64,000 bases of DNA from an uncultured Methanosarcinales archaeon (lineage in GTDB: Archaea; Nanobdellota; Nanobdellia; Woesearchaeales; UBA11576), in NCBI GenBank assembly GCA_964406185.1, contig CAYOQS010000003.1:48249-112248 (forward strand). The letters run 5' to 3'. Positions 35,944-46,506 of the stretch are shown here, piece by piece. The translations under genes were made by a program, and so were the position numbers. The number at the start of each line of letters is the position of its first letter. Positions within the stretch are counted from its first letter, which is position 1. The notes under the pieces are model-generated. The model saw only the letters and a program-made list of their open reading frames with translations. It searched no databases and was not told where the DNA came from.

Positions 35944-36284
35944 AGGAAAAAGCCCTCCAGAGATTCTTCAGCTTCAGAAGGTTCATGATCTACAGCAAGG
36001 TCTGGGCGCAGAGGACCATGTCATGGATATCAGTAGCCAACTCAGGCATGATACTGTTCCTCGTCCTGGCCAGACTCCAGGAGTACGGCATAAACATCTC
36101 TGTCACCCACTGGTTCGTCCCGCTTTTTCTGGTTATGCTGTTAATGCTCATCCTCCTCGGCTACATAGAAGACAAAGCAGGATTCCACAGGGAAGAGCTA
36201 CACGAAGTCGCGAAGAAAAACCCCCTGCTGAACGACATAATCAAGAGACTCGACAGGATAGAGAAAAAGATGGACAGGAAATAG
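35940..36284 (+). CDS. small membrane protein, hypothetical
   Basis: ATGA overlap with the previous gene. Two TM helices. Confidence 0.45.
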   Translation: MKEKALQRFFSFRRFMIYSKVWAQRTMSWISVANSGMILFLVLARLQEYGINISVTHWFVPLFLVMLLMLILLGYIEDKAGFHREELHEVAKKNPLLNDIIKRLDRIEKKMDRK

Positions 36285-36303
36285 AAATACAAAACAAGAG
36301 TTC

Positions 36304-38172
36304 TTATGATCGCTTTAACAAGAAGAAACCCTTGTTAGAATTTGCGAGATAAAATTCATCCGAGTTTCCTATCTTAAATAAAAATTCATCTGTGGCATTG
36401 ATGCTGTGCTCCTTCAAGCAGTAAGTGTCCAAAGTCAGATATTCATATCCTCTAGACCTCATCCAGCTGCTTATCTCCTGGGGAGACTTCTCGAAAATAT
36501 CCTCCTTAAATTCCATATATGAAGGGTCCCAAGGTTCTGCCAGCTTATCAAAAGCAAGCACCTTGAACTCATCAGAGCAGACAGGAAAAACTTTTGTATT
36601 ATATGGCAAAGAGTCTACATAATCCATATAACCTCTTAATTCATCCATAGAACCCCAATTAACACCCGGAGGCCAAAAAGATGTCTCAACGATGTATTTC
36701 GGATAGCCTGAAGTAGCAAGAATGCCCAATATCATGACAGCATAAACTACAAACCTGTTTACGCGGATCCGTCTGAAAAACGAACCAAGAGCAAAAAAAC
36801 CCTCTACAGATAGAATGCAGACAGGAATCGCGAATATAGCCCACCACCTATGAGGCATCAACATAGGGAAGGGCAATCTGTTGCCGTGTATACCCATGAA
36901 AGCGATTAATAGCCATATAAATGATATGAGTTTCCAATCATCTGAAATCTCCAATATATTCCTGGGCCGCTTTATCCAACCGTAAATGATGATGAGCAAA
37001 GAGAATACCAGGAGGAAAAAAAGGAAAACACCCACACCTATAGGATTATCCATCTTGCTTGTCTTCTTTGCTATAATGAAATCATCCCAGGAGTATACCA
37101 GACCACCTCCTGAAGATTTGGTAGTGATGCTTCCTAAGTCATTAAGGTTTATCGAATTTTTAGAAGCAGTCCCGTCAAGCCCGAATTCGACTACTGCTGG
37201 TATCCAGAACAAGGAAAATGCAAAAATTGCAGCAACAAGGCCTGAAAGAAAAACCTCCCAGATGAACCGCCTTTTTGACAATGATCTGACAATCAGGTAC
37301 GCAACAAGCATAATACCAAAAATGAACGGGTTTGACATCTGCGTCATGATCATGCCCGCCATCACAACCACAGCAGGAACCATCCAGCGCCTGTCCCTTT
37401 GTATCCGCTCTACCGCATAAAGAGAAGGGAAGAAAAGCATAACCGCCAGGGATGAAGCCCATATGAAATGGCTCATGAAACAAGGAATCAGGAGAAGGAA
37501 AAAAGCGGCTGCAACTGCCTTCTTCCTGCTTCCAAGAAAAGTCACTCCAAAAAAATAAAAGAATATCCCTATCAAAGAGAGAATAACCACATTAAAGAAC
37601 TTAAGATTCCAAATGACGTCCTCATTGGTCTGGTGCAATACACCCATCAATATGTCATAACCAGGAGGATAAGGTTCTAAATACCTACCAAAATCTTTTG
37701 AAACTGTATTAACCTCAATAGTCTTCATCTCTTTTATGTACCTGACGCCCTCAGCATGAAGCCAAGGATCATCATCCTCTAGATAAGGATAAACGAAAGC
37801 ACCATGGTGATACACACCGAAGAAGACAGCAGACATCATAAGAACAATAATAAAATAAAGAGAAGATTTTTTCATCTTCATGGAAAACCTGTATTTCGCG
37901 ATCCTTTTTAGCGATTCGGTGAATCTGCCCCTGTAAAGAGCGTATGAAGGGACCAAAACGCTCAATACAACAAAAACAGGCCAATAAATCTGTACGTGCA
38001 GAAGGTTCAGCAAGACCCCAATAACAGGTATCACTCCCAAACCAAAACCTATTATCAAGAAAAACTTCTCATACCACTGAGAGTCCCATCTTATGAAGAA
38101 AGTCACTGAATAGCCAAAACCAAGAGTCAGAACCAAAAAAATGACAATAGTTAAAATCTCCATGCGCAACAC
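36304..38172 (-). CDS. large polytopic membrane protein, probable GT-C-type glycosyltransferase
   Basis: 622 aa with more than 12 TM helices. It directly abuts the upstream GT2 gene (stop at 38173, start at 38172). Confidence 0.55.
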   Translation of the reverse strand: MLRMEILTIVIFLVLTLGFGYSVTFFIRWDSQWYEKFFLIIGFGLGVIPVIGVLLNLLHVQIYWPVFVVLSVLVPSYALYRGRFTESLKRIAKYRFSMKMKKSSLYFIIVLMMSAVFFGVYHHGAFVYPYLEDDDPWLHAEGVRYIKEMKTIEVNTVSKDFGRYLEPYPPGYDILMGVLHQTNEDVIWNLKFFNVVILSLIGIFFYFFGVTFLGSRKKAVAAAFFLLLIPCFMSHFIWASSLAVMLFFPSLYAVERIQRDRRWMVPAVVVMAGMIMTQMSNPFIFGIMLVAYLIVRSLSKRRFIWEVFLSGLVAAIFAFSLFWIPAVVEFGLDGTASKNSINLNDLGSITTKSSGGGLVYSWDDFIIAKKTSKMDNPIGVGVFLFFLLVFSLLIIIYGWIKRPRNILEISDDWKLISFIWLLIAFMGIHGNRLPFPMLMPHRWWAIFAIPVCILSVEGFFALGSFFRRIRVNRFVVYAVMILGILATSGYPKYIVETSFWPPGVNWGSMDELRGYMDYVDSLPYNTKVFPVCSDEFKVLAFDKLAEPWDPSYMEFKEDIFEKSPQEISSWMRSRGYEYLTLDTYCLKEHSINATDEFLFKIGNSDEFYLANSNKGFFLLKRS

Positions 38173-38919
38173 CTAATCCACAAACCGATACTTGATCATA
38201 GTGATCAAAGCATCCACGCCATCCTTCCACCTTATCTTCTTGCCTTCCTCAGACGAGCGAGGATAATAGCGTATAGGGACTTCGTGTATCTTTATCCCCC
38301 TTTTCACGATCTTAGCAGTGACCTCTGGCTCCCAGTCAAACTTATCACCCTTGATATCTATGCTCTTAATCACATCAGAGCGGAAAGTCTTATAACATGT
38401 CGGCTCATCAGTCAGACGCGTCCAGAACAAAATATTGAATATCCATGTTATACCCATACCGCCGATGTAGAATGAAAGACCTGAATATTTCTTATTCTTC
38501 TTCTCGAGACGCCTGGAGCCGTACACAACCTTGGCTTTCCCCTTGATGATTGGCAGCACACACTTAAAATAATCCCCCGGGTCGTACTCCAAATCAGCGT
38601 CCTGCACTATCAAGACATGACCAGTTGCGTGCCTGATCGCTGTCTTGATCGCAGCACCCTTGCCCCTATTCCTCTTGTGACGTATAAACCTTATGTAACT
38701 GTATTTATCCATAAGCTTCTTGACAATCTCCACTGTCCTGTCCTTGGAACCGTCATCAACGATTATAAGCTCTCTTGAGATGCCTTTCTTCTCAAGAGGG
38801 ACATTGTGGATCTTCTTCACTATCTTCTCTATCGAATCCTCCTCATTGTAAGCAGGCATGAGGATGCTGAGCTTGGGATCCTTTATTTTATAATCAGTAC
38901 AATATTTTGATTTCAACAT
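38173..38919 (-). CDS. GT2 glycosyltransferase (Dpm1-like polyprenyl-phosphate sugar synthase)
   Basis: LSILMPAYNEEDSIEKIV...LIIVDDGSKDRT. Confidence 0.85.
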   Translation of the reverse strand: MLKSKYCTDYKIKDPKLSILMPAYNEEDSIEKIVKKIHNVPLEKKGISRELIIVDDGSKDRTVEIVKKLMDKYSYIRFIRHKRNRGKGAAIKTAIRHATGHVLIVQDADLEYDPGDYFKCVLPIIKGKAKVVYGSRRLEKKNKKYSGLSFYIGGMGITWIFNILFWTRLTDEPTCYKTFRSDVIKSIDIKGDKFDWEPEVTAKIVKRGIKIHEVPIRYYPRSSEEGKKIRWKDGVDALITMIKYRFVD

Positions 38920-39026
38920 CTAAATACCTCTAGAGAGCGTCAACTACGAGAAGCCAGCCATTTAAATAAGTTTCTTCACATTTAAAAACAAAAACTTTTT
39001 AACCCAGCAGATATGGTCTTGAGAAC

Positions 39027-40499
39027 ATGAAAATATGCCTTTTGATACCGCCGGCTCCAGGAGGCTTCAAGGTCCCTGAGAGGATATACGGCTGCAGCTA
39101 CAACATCTACCCGCAGCCAGACCTGCCATTGCTCTACACAGCAGCAGCGCTGGAAGAAAAAGGGCATGAAGTGGTGTACAAGGACTTTGTATCAGAAGAG
39201 AACGAATGGGAAGAGATGGAAGACTTTTTGAAGAAAGAGAAATTCGACGCGTTCGTCTTCCACACAGTGCTACTGTCACAGAAAGTAGACCTGAAGACAG
39301 CGCAGGTGATAAGAGAGAATCACAAGAAATCCCCCATCGTGTTCTTCGGACCGCAGCCGACATACGTGCAGAAGCCATTCATGCTGGACGAAAACACATA
39401 CGTGATAAGAGGGGAAGCGGAAGAGAGCATACAGGACCTGTTCGAAGAAATCCAGCACGAAAAGCCACAGCTGGAGAGGGTTAAGGGCCTCAGCTACAAG
39501 AGAGGCTACAAGACGATAAAGAACGAGAGCTTTGGGATCATAACAGACATCAACAAGATACCATACCCTGCAAGGCACCTCATAGACCACATAAAGCACA
39601 AGTTCTACAACCCAAAACTGGGAAAACGGCCCATGACAGTGATGCTCACGTCACGAGGATGTCCATACCGATGCTATTTCTGCGTCCCAAACTCCCTCAG
39701 CTGGGCAAGGGAGCTGGACTGGAAAGAAGGGCACGACGGAAAAAAACCACCCATAGGCATAAGGAGCGCGGAAAATATCATCGGCGAGTTCAAGCAGATA
39801 AAAGAGCTCGGATACAGGTCCGTGTCCATCATAGATGACATGTTCCTCGTAGGAGGAAAGCAGAGGATACTGGACATATGCAAAGGCATCGAGCCATTAG
39901 GAATAGAGTTCGGCGTGCTCGCTCGTGCTGACCATGCATATGACCTGGAGATGCTCAAGGCGCTGAAGAAAGCAGGATGCCAATACATCGACCTTGGCGT
40001 CGAGTCCTTCAACGAGAAGATACTCAAGTACATACGCAAAGACCTAGACCCGAAGATAATCAAGAAAAGCATAATCAACATAAGAAAAGCAGGCATGGAG
40101 CCCAAGATAAACATAATGTTCGGAACCTGCCCGCTAGACACGAAAGAAGAGATAAAGAAGACGATAAAGAAAGCATGCGAACTGCCGGTAGACTACTGCA
40201 TGTTCTCCATAACGACACCATTCCCAGGCACAGAATTCGAGAAAGTGGCGCTGGAGAAAGGATGGGTGCTCAAAGACAAGTACAGAAGGATGTTGCGGGA
40301 ACTCGACCCGTCAAAGAGCGCTTTGATCTCCTATCCCCATCTCACGAACAAGGACCTTGAAAGGCTCACAAAGATGGCAAACAGAAGATTCTACCTCAGA
40401 CCGAAAAGGGTTCTGAAGCAGCTCAAACGAATAAAATCCTTCAAAGACCTCCTCGACACCATAAAAGGAGGATACCAGCTCGTCAAAGGAAAGAACTGA
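39027..40499 (+). CDS. B12-binding-domain radical SAM protein
   Basis: N-terminal Rossmann-like B12-binding region. TSRGCPYRCYFC is the CxxxCxxC motif. 490 aa. Confidence 0.85.
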   Translation: MKICLLIPPAPGGFKVPERIYGCSYNIYPQPDLPLLYTAAALEEKGHEVVYKDFVSEENEWEEMEDFLKKEKFDAFVFHTVLLSQKVDLKTAQVIRENHKKSPIVFFGPQPTYVQKPFMLDENTYVIRGEAEESIQDLFEEIQHEKPQLERVKGLSYKRGYKTIKNESFGIITDINKIPYPARHLIDHIKHKFYNPKLGKRPMTVMLTSRGCPYRCYFCVPNSLSWARELDWKEGHDGKKPPIGIRSAENIIGEFKQIKELGYRSVSIIDDMFLVGGKQRILDICKGIEPLGIEFGVLARADHAYDLEMLKALKKAGCQYIDLGVESFNEKILKYIRKDLDPKIIKKSIINIRKAGMEPKINIMFGTCPLDTKEEIKKTIKKACELPVDYCMFSITTPFPGTEFEKVALEKGWVLKDKYRRMLRELDPSKSALISYPHLTNKDLERLTKMANRRFYLRPKRVLKQLKRIKSFKDLLDTIKGGYQLVKGKN

Positions 40500-40512
40500 T
40501 TTTCACAGGAAA

Positions 40513-41535
40513 ATGATCAGCGTCGTAATAGCGGCATACAACGCCGCAGAATATATCGAAGAAGTGCTGGATTCAGTGCTCAACCAGACACTGCTGCCGG
40601 ACGAGATAATAATAGTGGACGACGGAAGCAAAGACAAGACGCTTACCGTGATCAAGGAGTATCCAAAGAAGCTCAAGCCAGGCCTGAAGAAGAGATTCAA
40701 GAAAGTCAAGAGATACAAGATACTCAGCCAGAAGAACAAAGGTCCTGCAGGCGCGTCCAACACAGCGATAAAGGCTGCTCGGGGGGATGTGATATTATCT
40801 GTCGATTCCGACGCAGTGCTGGACAGGAAATTCATACGATCAGCAGTCAAAGAGCTCAAGAAAGACAAGAAACTCGGAGTGGTCGGAGGGTACATAAGGA
40901 CAGCAAACCCGGACAAGTTCTGGGCGCGCATGATGGGATACGACCTCGAGTACAGGTATGACCATATAGGATGGGTAGATGCTGACAGGGCCTATGTAGA
41001 GCACGTGAGCCCGAACAACACAGCATACAAATCAGAAGTGTTCAGGAAAGCAGGATACTTCGACCCAAAATACCACTACTGCCAGGACGTCGACCACAGC
41101 TACCGGGTCGTCGATGCGGGGTACAGGATAATGCTGCTGAAGAAAGTGGGCAGCAGGCATTACTGGAGAGAGACATTCCCCGGGTACACAAAGCAGCAGT
41201 TCAACGTATCATACTGGCGCATGAAACTTGTCCACAAGAAGCCAGGCAAGATAAGGGGAGACAAAGTGGCTGGGGCCCGTATGTTCATGCAGGTTCCTCT
41301 TACAGGCATCATAGGCCTGCTTTACATCACGACCATATTTCATACACCTATCTGGTGGGTGCCGACCATACTGCTCGGCCTGCTCCTGATCGAGAGATAT
41401 GAAGAGGCGTTGTATATCATGTGGAAGAAAAAGAGCGTGAGTGCATTGCTGATGCCGTTCGTGCACATATGGCGAAACATCGTGTGGGGCATAGCAGGCG
41501 TAAGCTACCTCGTAGGGAAGGCATTCGGAAGATGA
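40513..41535 (+). CDS. GT2 glycosyltransferase with C-terminal TM helices
   Basis: VVIAAYNAAEYIEEVLDSVLNQT...IIIVDDGSKDKT. Hydrophobic C-terminus. Confidence 0.85.
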   Translation: MISVVIAAYNAAEYIEEVLDSVLNQTLLPDEIIIVDDGSKDKTLTVIKEYPKKLKPGLKKRFKKVKRYKILSQKNKGPAGASNTAIKAARGDVILSVDSDAVLDRKFIRSAVKELKKDKKLGVVGGYIRTANPDKFWARMMGYDLEYRYDHIGWVDADRAYVEHVSPNNTAYKSEVFRKAGYFDPKYHYCQDVDHSYRVVDAGYRIMLLKKVGSRHYWRETFPGYTKQQFNVSYWRMKLVHKKPGKIRGDKVAGARMFMQVPLTGIIGLLYITTIFHTPIWWVPTILLGLLLIERYEEALYIMWKKKSVSALLMPFVHIWRNIVWGIAGVSYLVGKAFGR

Positions 41536-42551
41536 GCTACACAACAACAGGACTGGAAAAAAGAAAAAAGCAGAACATCGTACTGGAATTCCTGGGGAGG
41601 GTGTTCTTCATAGTGCCACGCATGCCGAAGTTCGCCCAGATAGAGATAACCAACTCCTGCAACCTCAACTGCAAGATGTGCCCGCGCGCCTTCCTGAAAG
41701 TGCCTTACAAGCACATGGACATGAAAGTATACAAGAAAGTGGTGGACAAGCTCGAAGGCATAAACACATTGACACTGACAGGATGGGGAGAGCCATTCTA
41801 CTACGAAAAGATATTCGACTGCATCAGGTACGCGAAGAAGAAAGGCATCAAGGTAAAGCTGACCACCAACGGCGTGCTGCTTAACGATGAGAAGATAAAG
41901 AAGATATTCTCATCAGGACTCGATGAGATAACATTCTCGCTGGACAACGTGAAAGGGGATCCTGACTTCGGGCATCCGAACAAAGCCGCTTTGAGAAACA
42001 TACAGAAGATAATCGAGATACGGGACGGGCAAGACCTTGAAAGGCCAAAAGTCGTGCTGCAATGCACGATGCACGCCCGGAAAGCGAAGAACGTGTTCGA
42101 CGTGATAAAATGGGGCGCTGACGTGGGCGCGGACAGGGTGAACATCGCCCGCCTGGACCTGCGGTTCGACCCCAACCTCAAAAGGGCGTCAGAGAAAGAA
42201 GAACAGAAGATATACAAGAAAGCAGACAGGCTCAGCAAAGAGAAAGGGATAAGAGTCGACATGGTGCAGTACGCCGTCTTCGACGGGTTCGCAAGATCCA
42301 TGTACAAGCTCCTGAGGAAGGTGCTCCACAGGTTCGACAAGAAATGCTCAAAAGGATACAACTACGTGTATGTGAATGTCGACGGGTTCGTCACACCATG
42401 CTGCTTCTACCCCCTCATGAAGATGGGAGACCTCAAGAAGCAAAGCCTGCGAAAGATATGGAAAGGCCCGCGGTACACAAAGTTCCGGCAGTTCAAGGTC
42501 AAAGGATGCATCAAATGCGATGTGATGAGGGTGAGGTATATAGGGAAATGA
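41532..42551 (+). CDS. radical SAM protein with SPASM-like C-terminal Cys cluster
   Basis: TNSCNLNCKMCPR is the CxxxCxxC motif. C-terminal CCFYP...GCIKCD. ATGA overlap at both ends. Confidence 0.8.
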   Translation: MSYTTTGLEKRKKQNIVLEFLGRVFFIVPRMPKFAQIEITNSCNLNCKMCPRAFLKVPYKHMDMKVYKKVVDKLEGINTLTLTGWGEPFYYEKIFDCIRYAKKKGIKVKLTTNGVLLNDEKIKKIFSSGLDEITFSLDNVKGDPDFGHPNKAALRNIQKIIEIRDGQDLERPKVVLQCTMHARKAKNVFDVIKWGADVGADRVNIARLDLRFDPNLKRASEKEEQKIYKKADRLSKEKGIRVDMVQYAVFDGFARSMYKLLRKVLHRFDKKCSKGYNYVYVNVDGFVTPCCFYPLMKMGDLKKQSLRKIWKGPRYTKFRQFKVKGCIKCDVMRVRYIGK

Positions 42552-43819
42552 AAAATAAAAAGAAAAACCTCATAATCCTGGGAGGTGGCCTTTCAGGCCT
42601 GGCCGCCGCAGACATTCTCTCAAATCACTTCAATGTCAATTTGATCGAAAAGCAAGACCATCTAGGCGGACTTGCTTCCAGTTTTGAACAGGACGGCGAG
42701 ATGATACCAAAATACTACCACCACGTCATACGACACAACAGCACCACACAGAAATACCTCCGCAGATTTGGCCTTATGGAAGGCAGCAGATGGAAAAAGA
42801 TAAACGTCGCTATCGGGGTGAAAGGCAAGCTCACAGACATAACAAAACCCCTGCAACTAATCCGTTTCGGATATCTTAGCCTGTGGGGAAGATTACGTTT
42901 CGGCATTTTCGGCCTGCACACCATATTTTTCATGAATCCTGAAAAAATACGGGAGGATGCCGACGCGCAGACCTGGCTCGAAAAAAAAGCAGGGAAAGAA
43001 GTTACAAAAAAAATATTCTACAACCTTTACGGAAGGAACAAGTTCAACATAAGCCTCGAGAGAATCTCGGCGAAACAGTTCGCATACCGGCTTAAAGAAA
43101 GGGAAGTCTATGATAAGTTCACATATCCGCCTGCAGGCCTCCATAAGCTCATAGACGGACTTGAAAAAAGCATAAAAAAGAAAAGAGGAAATATCATCAA
43201 ATCAGCAAAACTTGAAAAAGTAGATCTGAAAAAGAAAAAAGTATATGTAGACGGCAAAGTTCTCGATGCTGATGTAATCATAAGTTCAATACCTATACCA
43301 ACATTCCTGAAGATAAGTGAAGGCGTCCCTAAAAAATACAGAAAAAAACTGGCTAACATAAAATGGTGCCCCTGTGTAAATGTCACGTTCGGAACCGAAA
43401 CATTTCTGGACAAGAGGTATTACTGGACAAACCTTTTTGAGGAAAGGGCGCACGTCCTGATGCAGCATTCCATACTCGTAGACAAATACAGCTCAAAAAT
43501 AAACTGGATATTAAGATACGGCGGATCCGAGCAAGACATCGGACTTGATGACAAAAAGATCGCAGAAGAATACCTCAGAGTAGTTTCAAGATATTTCCCA
43601 AATATCAAAGTAAAGTGGGCCAAAGTCTTCAAAGAACGATATGCTGAGCCAGTATATGATAAAGACTACTCAAAGCACAAACCAGACTACACAACACCCA
43701 TAGATGGCTTATACATGACGGGCATCCAAGTCACCCATCCCAAGATAAGGAACATGAACACTGCGCTGGAAGCCGGAAGAAAAGTCGCGAAAATCATCTT
43801 AAAAAGGGATGCTGAATAG
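42548..43819 (+). CDS. FAD/NAD(P)-binding Rossmann oxidoreductase (amine-oxidase / UDP-galactopyranose-mutase-like)
   Basis: NLIILGGGLSGLAAADIL...IEKQDHLGGLASSF dinucleotide-binding motif. Confidence 0.7.
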   Translation: MKNKKKNLIILGGGLSGLAAADILSNHFNVNLIEKQDHLGGLASSFEQDGEMIPKYYHHVIRHNSTTQKYLRRFGLMEGSRWKKINVAIGVKGKLTDITKPLQLIRFGYLSLWGRLRFGIFGLHTIFFMNPEKIREDADAQTWLEKKAGKEVTKKIFYNLYGRNKFNISLERISAKQFAYRLKEREVYDKFTYPPAGLHKLIDGLEKSIKKKRGNIIKSAKLEKVDLKKKKVYVDGKVLDADVIISSIPIPTFLKISEGVPKKYRKKLANIKWCPCVNVTFGTETFLDKRYYWTNLFEERAHVLMQHSILVDKYSSKINWILRYGGSEQDIGLDDKKIAEEYLRVVSRYFPNIKVKWAKVFKERYAEPVYDKDYSKHKPDYTTPIDGLYMTGIQVTHPKIRNMNTALEAGRKVAKIILKRDAE

Positions 43820-43873
43820 TGGCAGCATAAGCTAAAACAATATAAATGACTCCTGTACCCTAAACTGCACAAA

Positions 43874-44944
43874 ATGACAAAACCAAAAATAGCTGTACTA
43901 AAGACGACACCCGACACAGTAGTGCCTGACTATTCAAAGCTTATGCACCTTGCTGAGTACGAGAAAGAGATAAAGAAAAGCCATGAGACTCTCCTGAAGA
44001 TAAACCTCTCATGGTCGATGTATTATCCTGCATGCTCTACAGAACCCTGGCAGCTTGAAGGTGTGCTAAGGACCCTGATAGAGGACGGCCACAAAAAAAT
44101 ACATCCTGTAGAGAACAAGACTGTGGTCACAGATCCCTGGAAAGGGGCAAAAGGAAACAAGTGGCTCCCAGTCCTAAAGAAGTATGGTCAGACCTATAAA
44201 CCCCTAACAGAAGTGAAATGGGTCAAATACCGGCCAAAACATGAGCTTATCGCTCTTGACAGCATATTCCCAAAAGGCCATAAGATACCAAAGATGTTCT
44301 ACGGGAAGAACGTTATACACCTACCTACAATAAAAACCCACGGACACACAGTCATGACGGGAACCATGAAAAATGCATTCGGCGGCCTGATTACCGAAAG
44401 AAGACATCACTGCCACAAGAAAATACACGAAGTGCTTGTAGACCTATTGACGATACAAAAAGAAATCCATCCCGGTATTTTCGCGGTCATGGACGGCACT
44501 GTCTGCGGAGATGGTGCGGGTCCCAGGACCATGTTCCCAAAAGTAAAAGACTATATCCTTGCAGGAGCTGACCAGGTCGCTATCGATGCGATAAGCGCGA
44601 AGATGATGGGCTATGACCCTATGAAAATCAAGTTCATCAAGCTTGCGCATGACAAAGGTCTGGGATGCGGAGATCCTGACCAGATAGATATCATCGGGGA
44701 AGACATTTCACGTGTCAATTTCAGGTTTCGGACAGCCAAATCACCGGTAATATTCTGGGACCAGATGTTCAGGAAAGGAGCATTGAGCTTTGTCGAACCT
44801 CTCCTGTTCCACACAGGTCTTTTCAATATGTGCATATTCGCGTCAGCATTCTACCACGACTACCTATGGTACAATACGGTCGGCAAGAGAAGGATCAACA
44901 GGTTCAACAGGACCAAGTGGGGAAAGCTCTTCAAGAACTACTAA
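43874..44944 (+). CDS. DUF362-family protein
   Basis: LPTIKTHGHTVMTGTMKNAFGG and MDGTVCGDGAGP...ADQVAIDAISAKMMGYDP resemble the conserved DUF362 core. Family recalled from memory. Confidence 0.55.
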   Translation: MTKPKIAVLKTTPDTVVPDYSKLMHLAEYEKEIKKSHETLLKINLSWSMYYPACSTEPWQLEGVLRTLIEDGHKKIHPVENKTVVTDPWKGAKGNKWLPVLKKYGQTYKPLTEVKWVKYRPKHELIALDSIFPKGHKIPKMFYGKNVIHLPTIKTHGHTVMTGTMKNAFGGLITERRHHCHKKIHEVLVDLLTIQKEIHPGIFAVMDGTVCGDGAGPRTMFPKVKDYILAGADQVAIDAISAKMMGYDPMKIKFIKLAHDKGLGCGDPDQIDIIGEDISRVNFRFRTAKSPVIFWDQMFRKGALSFVEPLLFHTGLFNMCIFASAFYHDYLWYNTVGKRRINRFNRTKWGKLFKNY

Positions 44945-44993
44945 ACATATGATACGTCATCATAACTGACAGGCATACATCTAAGGTGCGCAC

Positions 44994-45635
44994 ATGAAAA
45001 TAGACCTTCACGTACACACAAACTTATCCCGCTGCGGAACCACATCAATCGGCAGACTGAAGTCCGAATGCGACAAGAGAGGGATAATACCTGCCATAAC
45101 TGACCATAACACAATAAAAGGTGCCCTTGAGTACAGGAAAGAATGTGGAAAATGCATCATCGGCGAAGAGATACTCACGCGCGAAGGTGAGATAATAGGG
45201 CTATTTCTAAAGAAGGAGATACCCGCCAAGCTCAGCCTCGACAAGACAATAAGTCTCATAAGAAAACAGGGAGGACTGGTAATGCTCCCACATCCTTTCG
45301 ACAGAATGAGAACGTCAAGGCTTGACGATGAGAGCATCGAAAGAGTCAAGGACATGATAGATATCGTAGAAGTGTACAACTCAAGGACAATATTCCCTTC
45401 TGATAACAAGAAAGCGCAAAGATTCGCCAGAAAGAACGGAAAAGCCGCCTCCGCAGGAAGCGACAGCCATTTCTGGTTCACACCCGGAAAGAGCCATGTC
45501 GAAATTAAGCCGTTCACGAAGAATACATTCCTGAAAGAACTCGAAAAAGGCAGTCTGGTAATGAGAAGAAGCCCTCTGCTCGTTCACGCAATATCTAAAA
45601 TTTTAAAAACATACCGGAATTACGTGAAGAGATGA
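44994..45635 (+). CDS. PHP-domain metal-dependent phosphoesterase
   Basis: MKIDLHVHT...AITDHN His motifs typical of the PHP family. Confidence 0.8.
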   Translation: MKIDLHVHTNLSRCGTTSIGRLKSECDKRGIIPAITDHNTIKGALEYRKECGKCIIGEEILTREGEIIGLFLKKEIPAKLSLDKTISLIRKQGGLVMLPHPFDRMRTSRLDDESIERVKDMIDIVEVYNSRTIFPSDNKKAQRFARKNGKAASAGSDSHFWFTPGKSHVEIKPFTKNTFLKELEKGSLVMRRSPLLVHAISKILKTYRNYVKR

Positions 45636-46501
45636 ACATGATAAAAAAGATAATAGAAATCATCAGACTCATCAGGCCAGTACAATGGTACAAGAACCTT
45701 CTAATATTCTTACCCATATTCTTCATGGAACAGATACTCAGTCCAGAAAGCCTGCTGGTCACATTTTTAGGTTTCGCAGCATTATGCCTGATATCATCAG
45801 CGAACTACATCATAAATGATATCGTCGACCACAAGAAAGACCGGCTGCATCCCGAAAAGAAAGGGCGGCCAATCGCTTCAGGAAAGATCAAACCATATGA
45901 AGGAGCTATACTTACGGCATCGCTGATAGCAGCATCGGTGGCCATATCCTTGACATTGAACGCGCAGTTCCTCCTGATAGTCGCAACATTGTTCGTACTC
46001 ACACAGGCATACTCATTCTTCCTGAAGAAGATAGTCATAGCAGACATAATGATGATAAGCCTGAACTTCGTGATAAGAGCCGTCGCAGGCACAGTCATAC
46101 TGCAGGTAGAGACCACGCCCTGGCTCCTGATATGTCCTTTCTTCTTCGCAATGTTCCTAGCAACAGGAAAAAGGTACAGCGACCTGATACTATTAGGCAA
46201 GAAAGCCAAACGACACCGCAAAGCACTCGCACATTATTCTCCGGCAATTCTCCAGATGCTGATAATATCAAACACGACGCTCCTCCTGATATCATACGCA
46301 TTATTCTCATTCCAGAGGGAGCGGCAATCGCTCGTCCTCACACTTCCTTTTGTCATATACGCAACATATGAGTATGCCCGGCTCATATACTCCGGCTCGG
46401 ATATATCCCGTCAGCCGCACAAAGCTATCAAGAGCAGACGCCTGGTCATCACGGCTGCCGCCTGGCTGATAGTGACAACATCGCTAATCTACCTTACCTG
46501 A
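45632..46501 (+). CDS. UbiA-family prenyl-phosphate transferase, decaprenyl-phosphate phosphoribosyltransferase (DPPR synthase)-like
   Basis: NYIINDIVDHKKDRLHPEKKGRPIASG is an NDxxDxxxD motif close to the Rv3806c-type consensus. 8-9 TM helices. ATGA overlap with the PHP gene. Confidence 0.75.
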   Translation: MNMIKKIIEIIRLIRPVQWYKNLLIFLPIFFMEQILSPESLLVTFLGFAALCLISSANYIINDIVDHKKDRLHPEKKGRPIASGKIKPYEGAILTASLIAASVAISLTLNAQFLLIVATLFVLTQAYSFFLKKIVIADIMMISLNFVIRAVAGTVILQVETTPWLLICPFFFAMFLATGKRYSDLILLGKKAKRHRKALAHYSPAILQMLIISNTTLLLISYALFSFQRERQSLVLTLPFVIYATYEYARLIYSGSDISRQPHKAIKSRRLVITAAAWLIVTTSLIYLT

Positions 46502-46506
46502 AAAAA

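Noticed and set aside
36986-37483. Antisense ORFs within the 622-aa membrane-protein gene
   Set aside because: Mirror artefacts of a hydrophobic, AT-rich gene.
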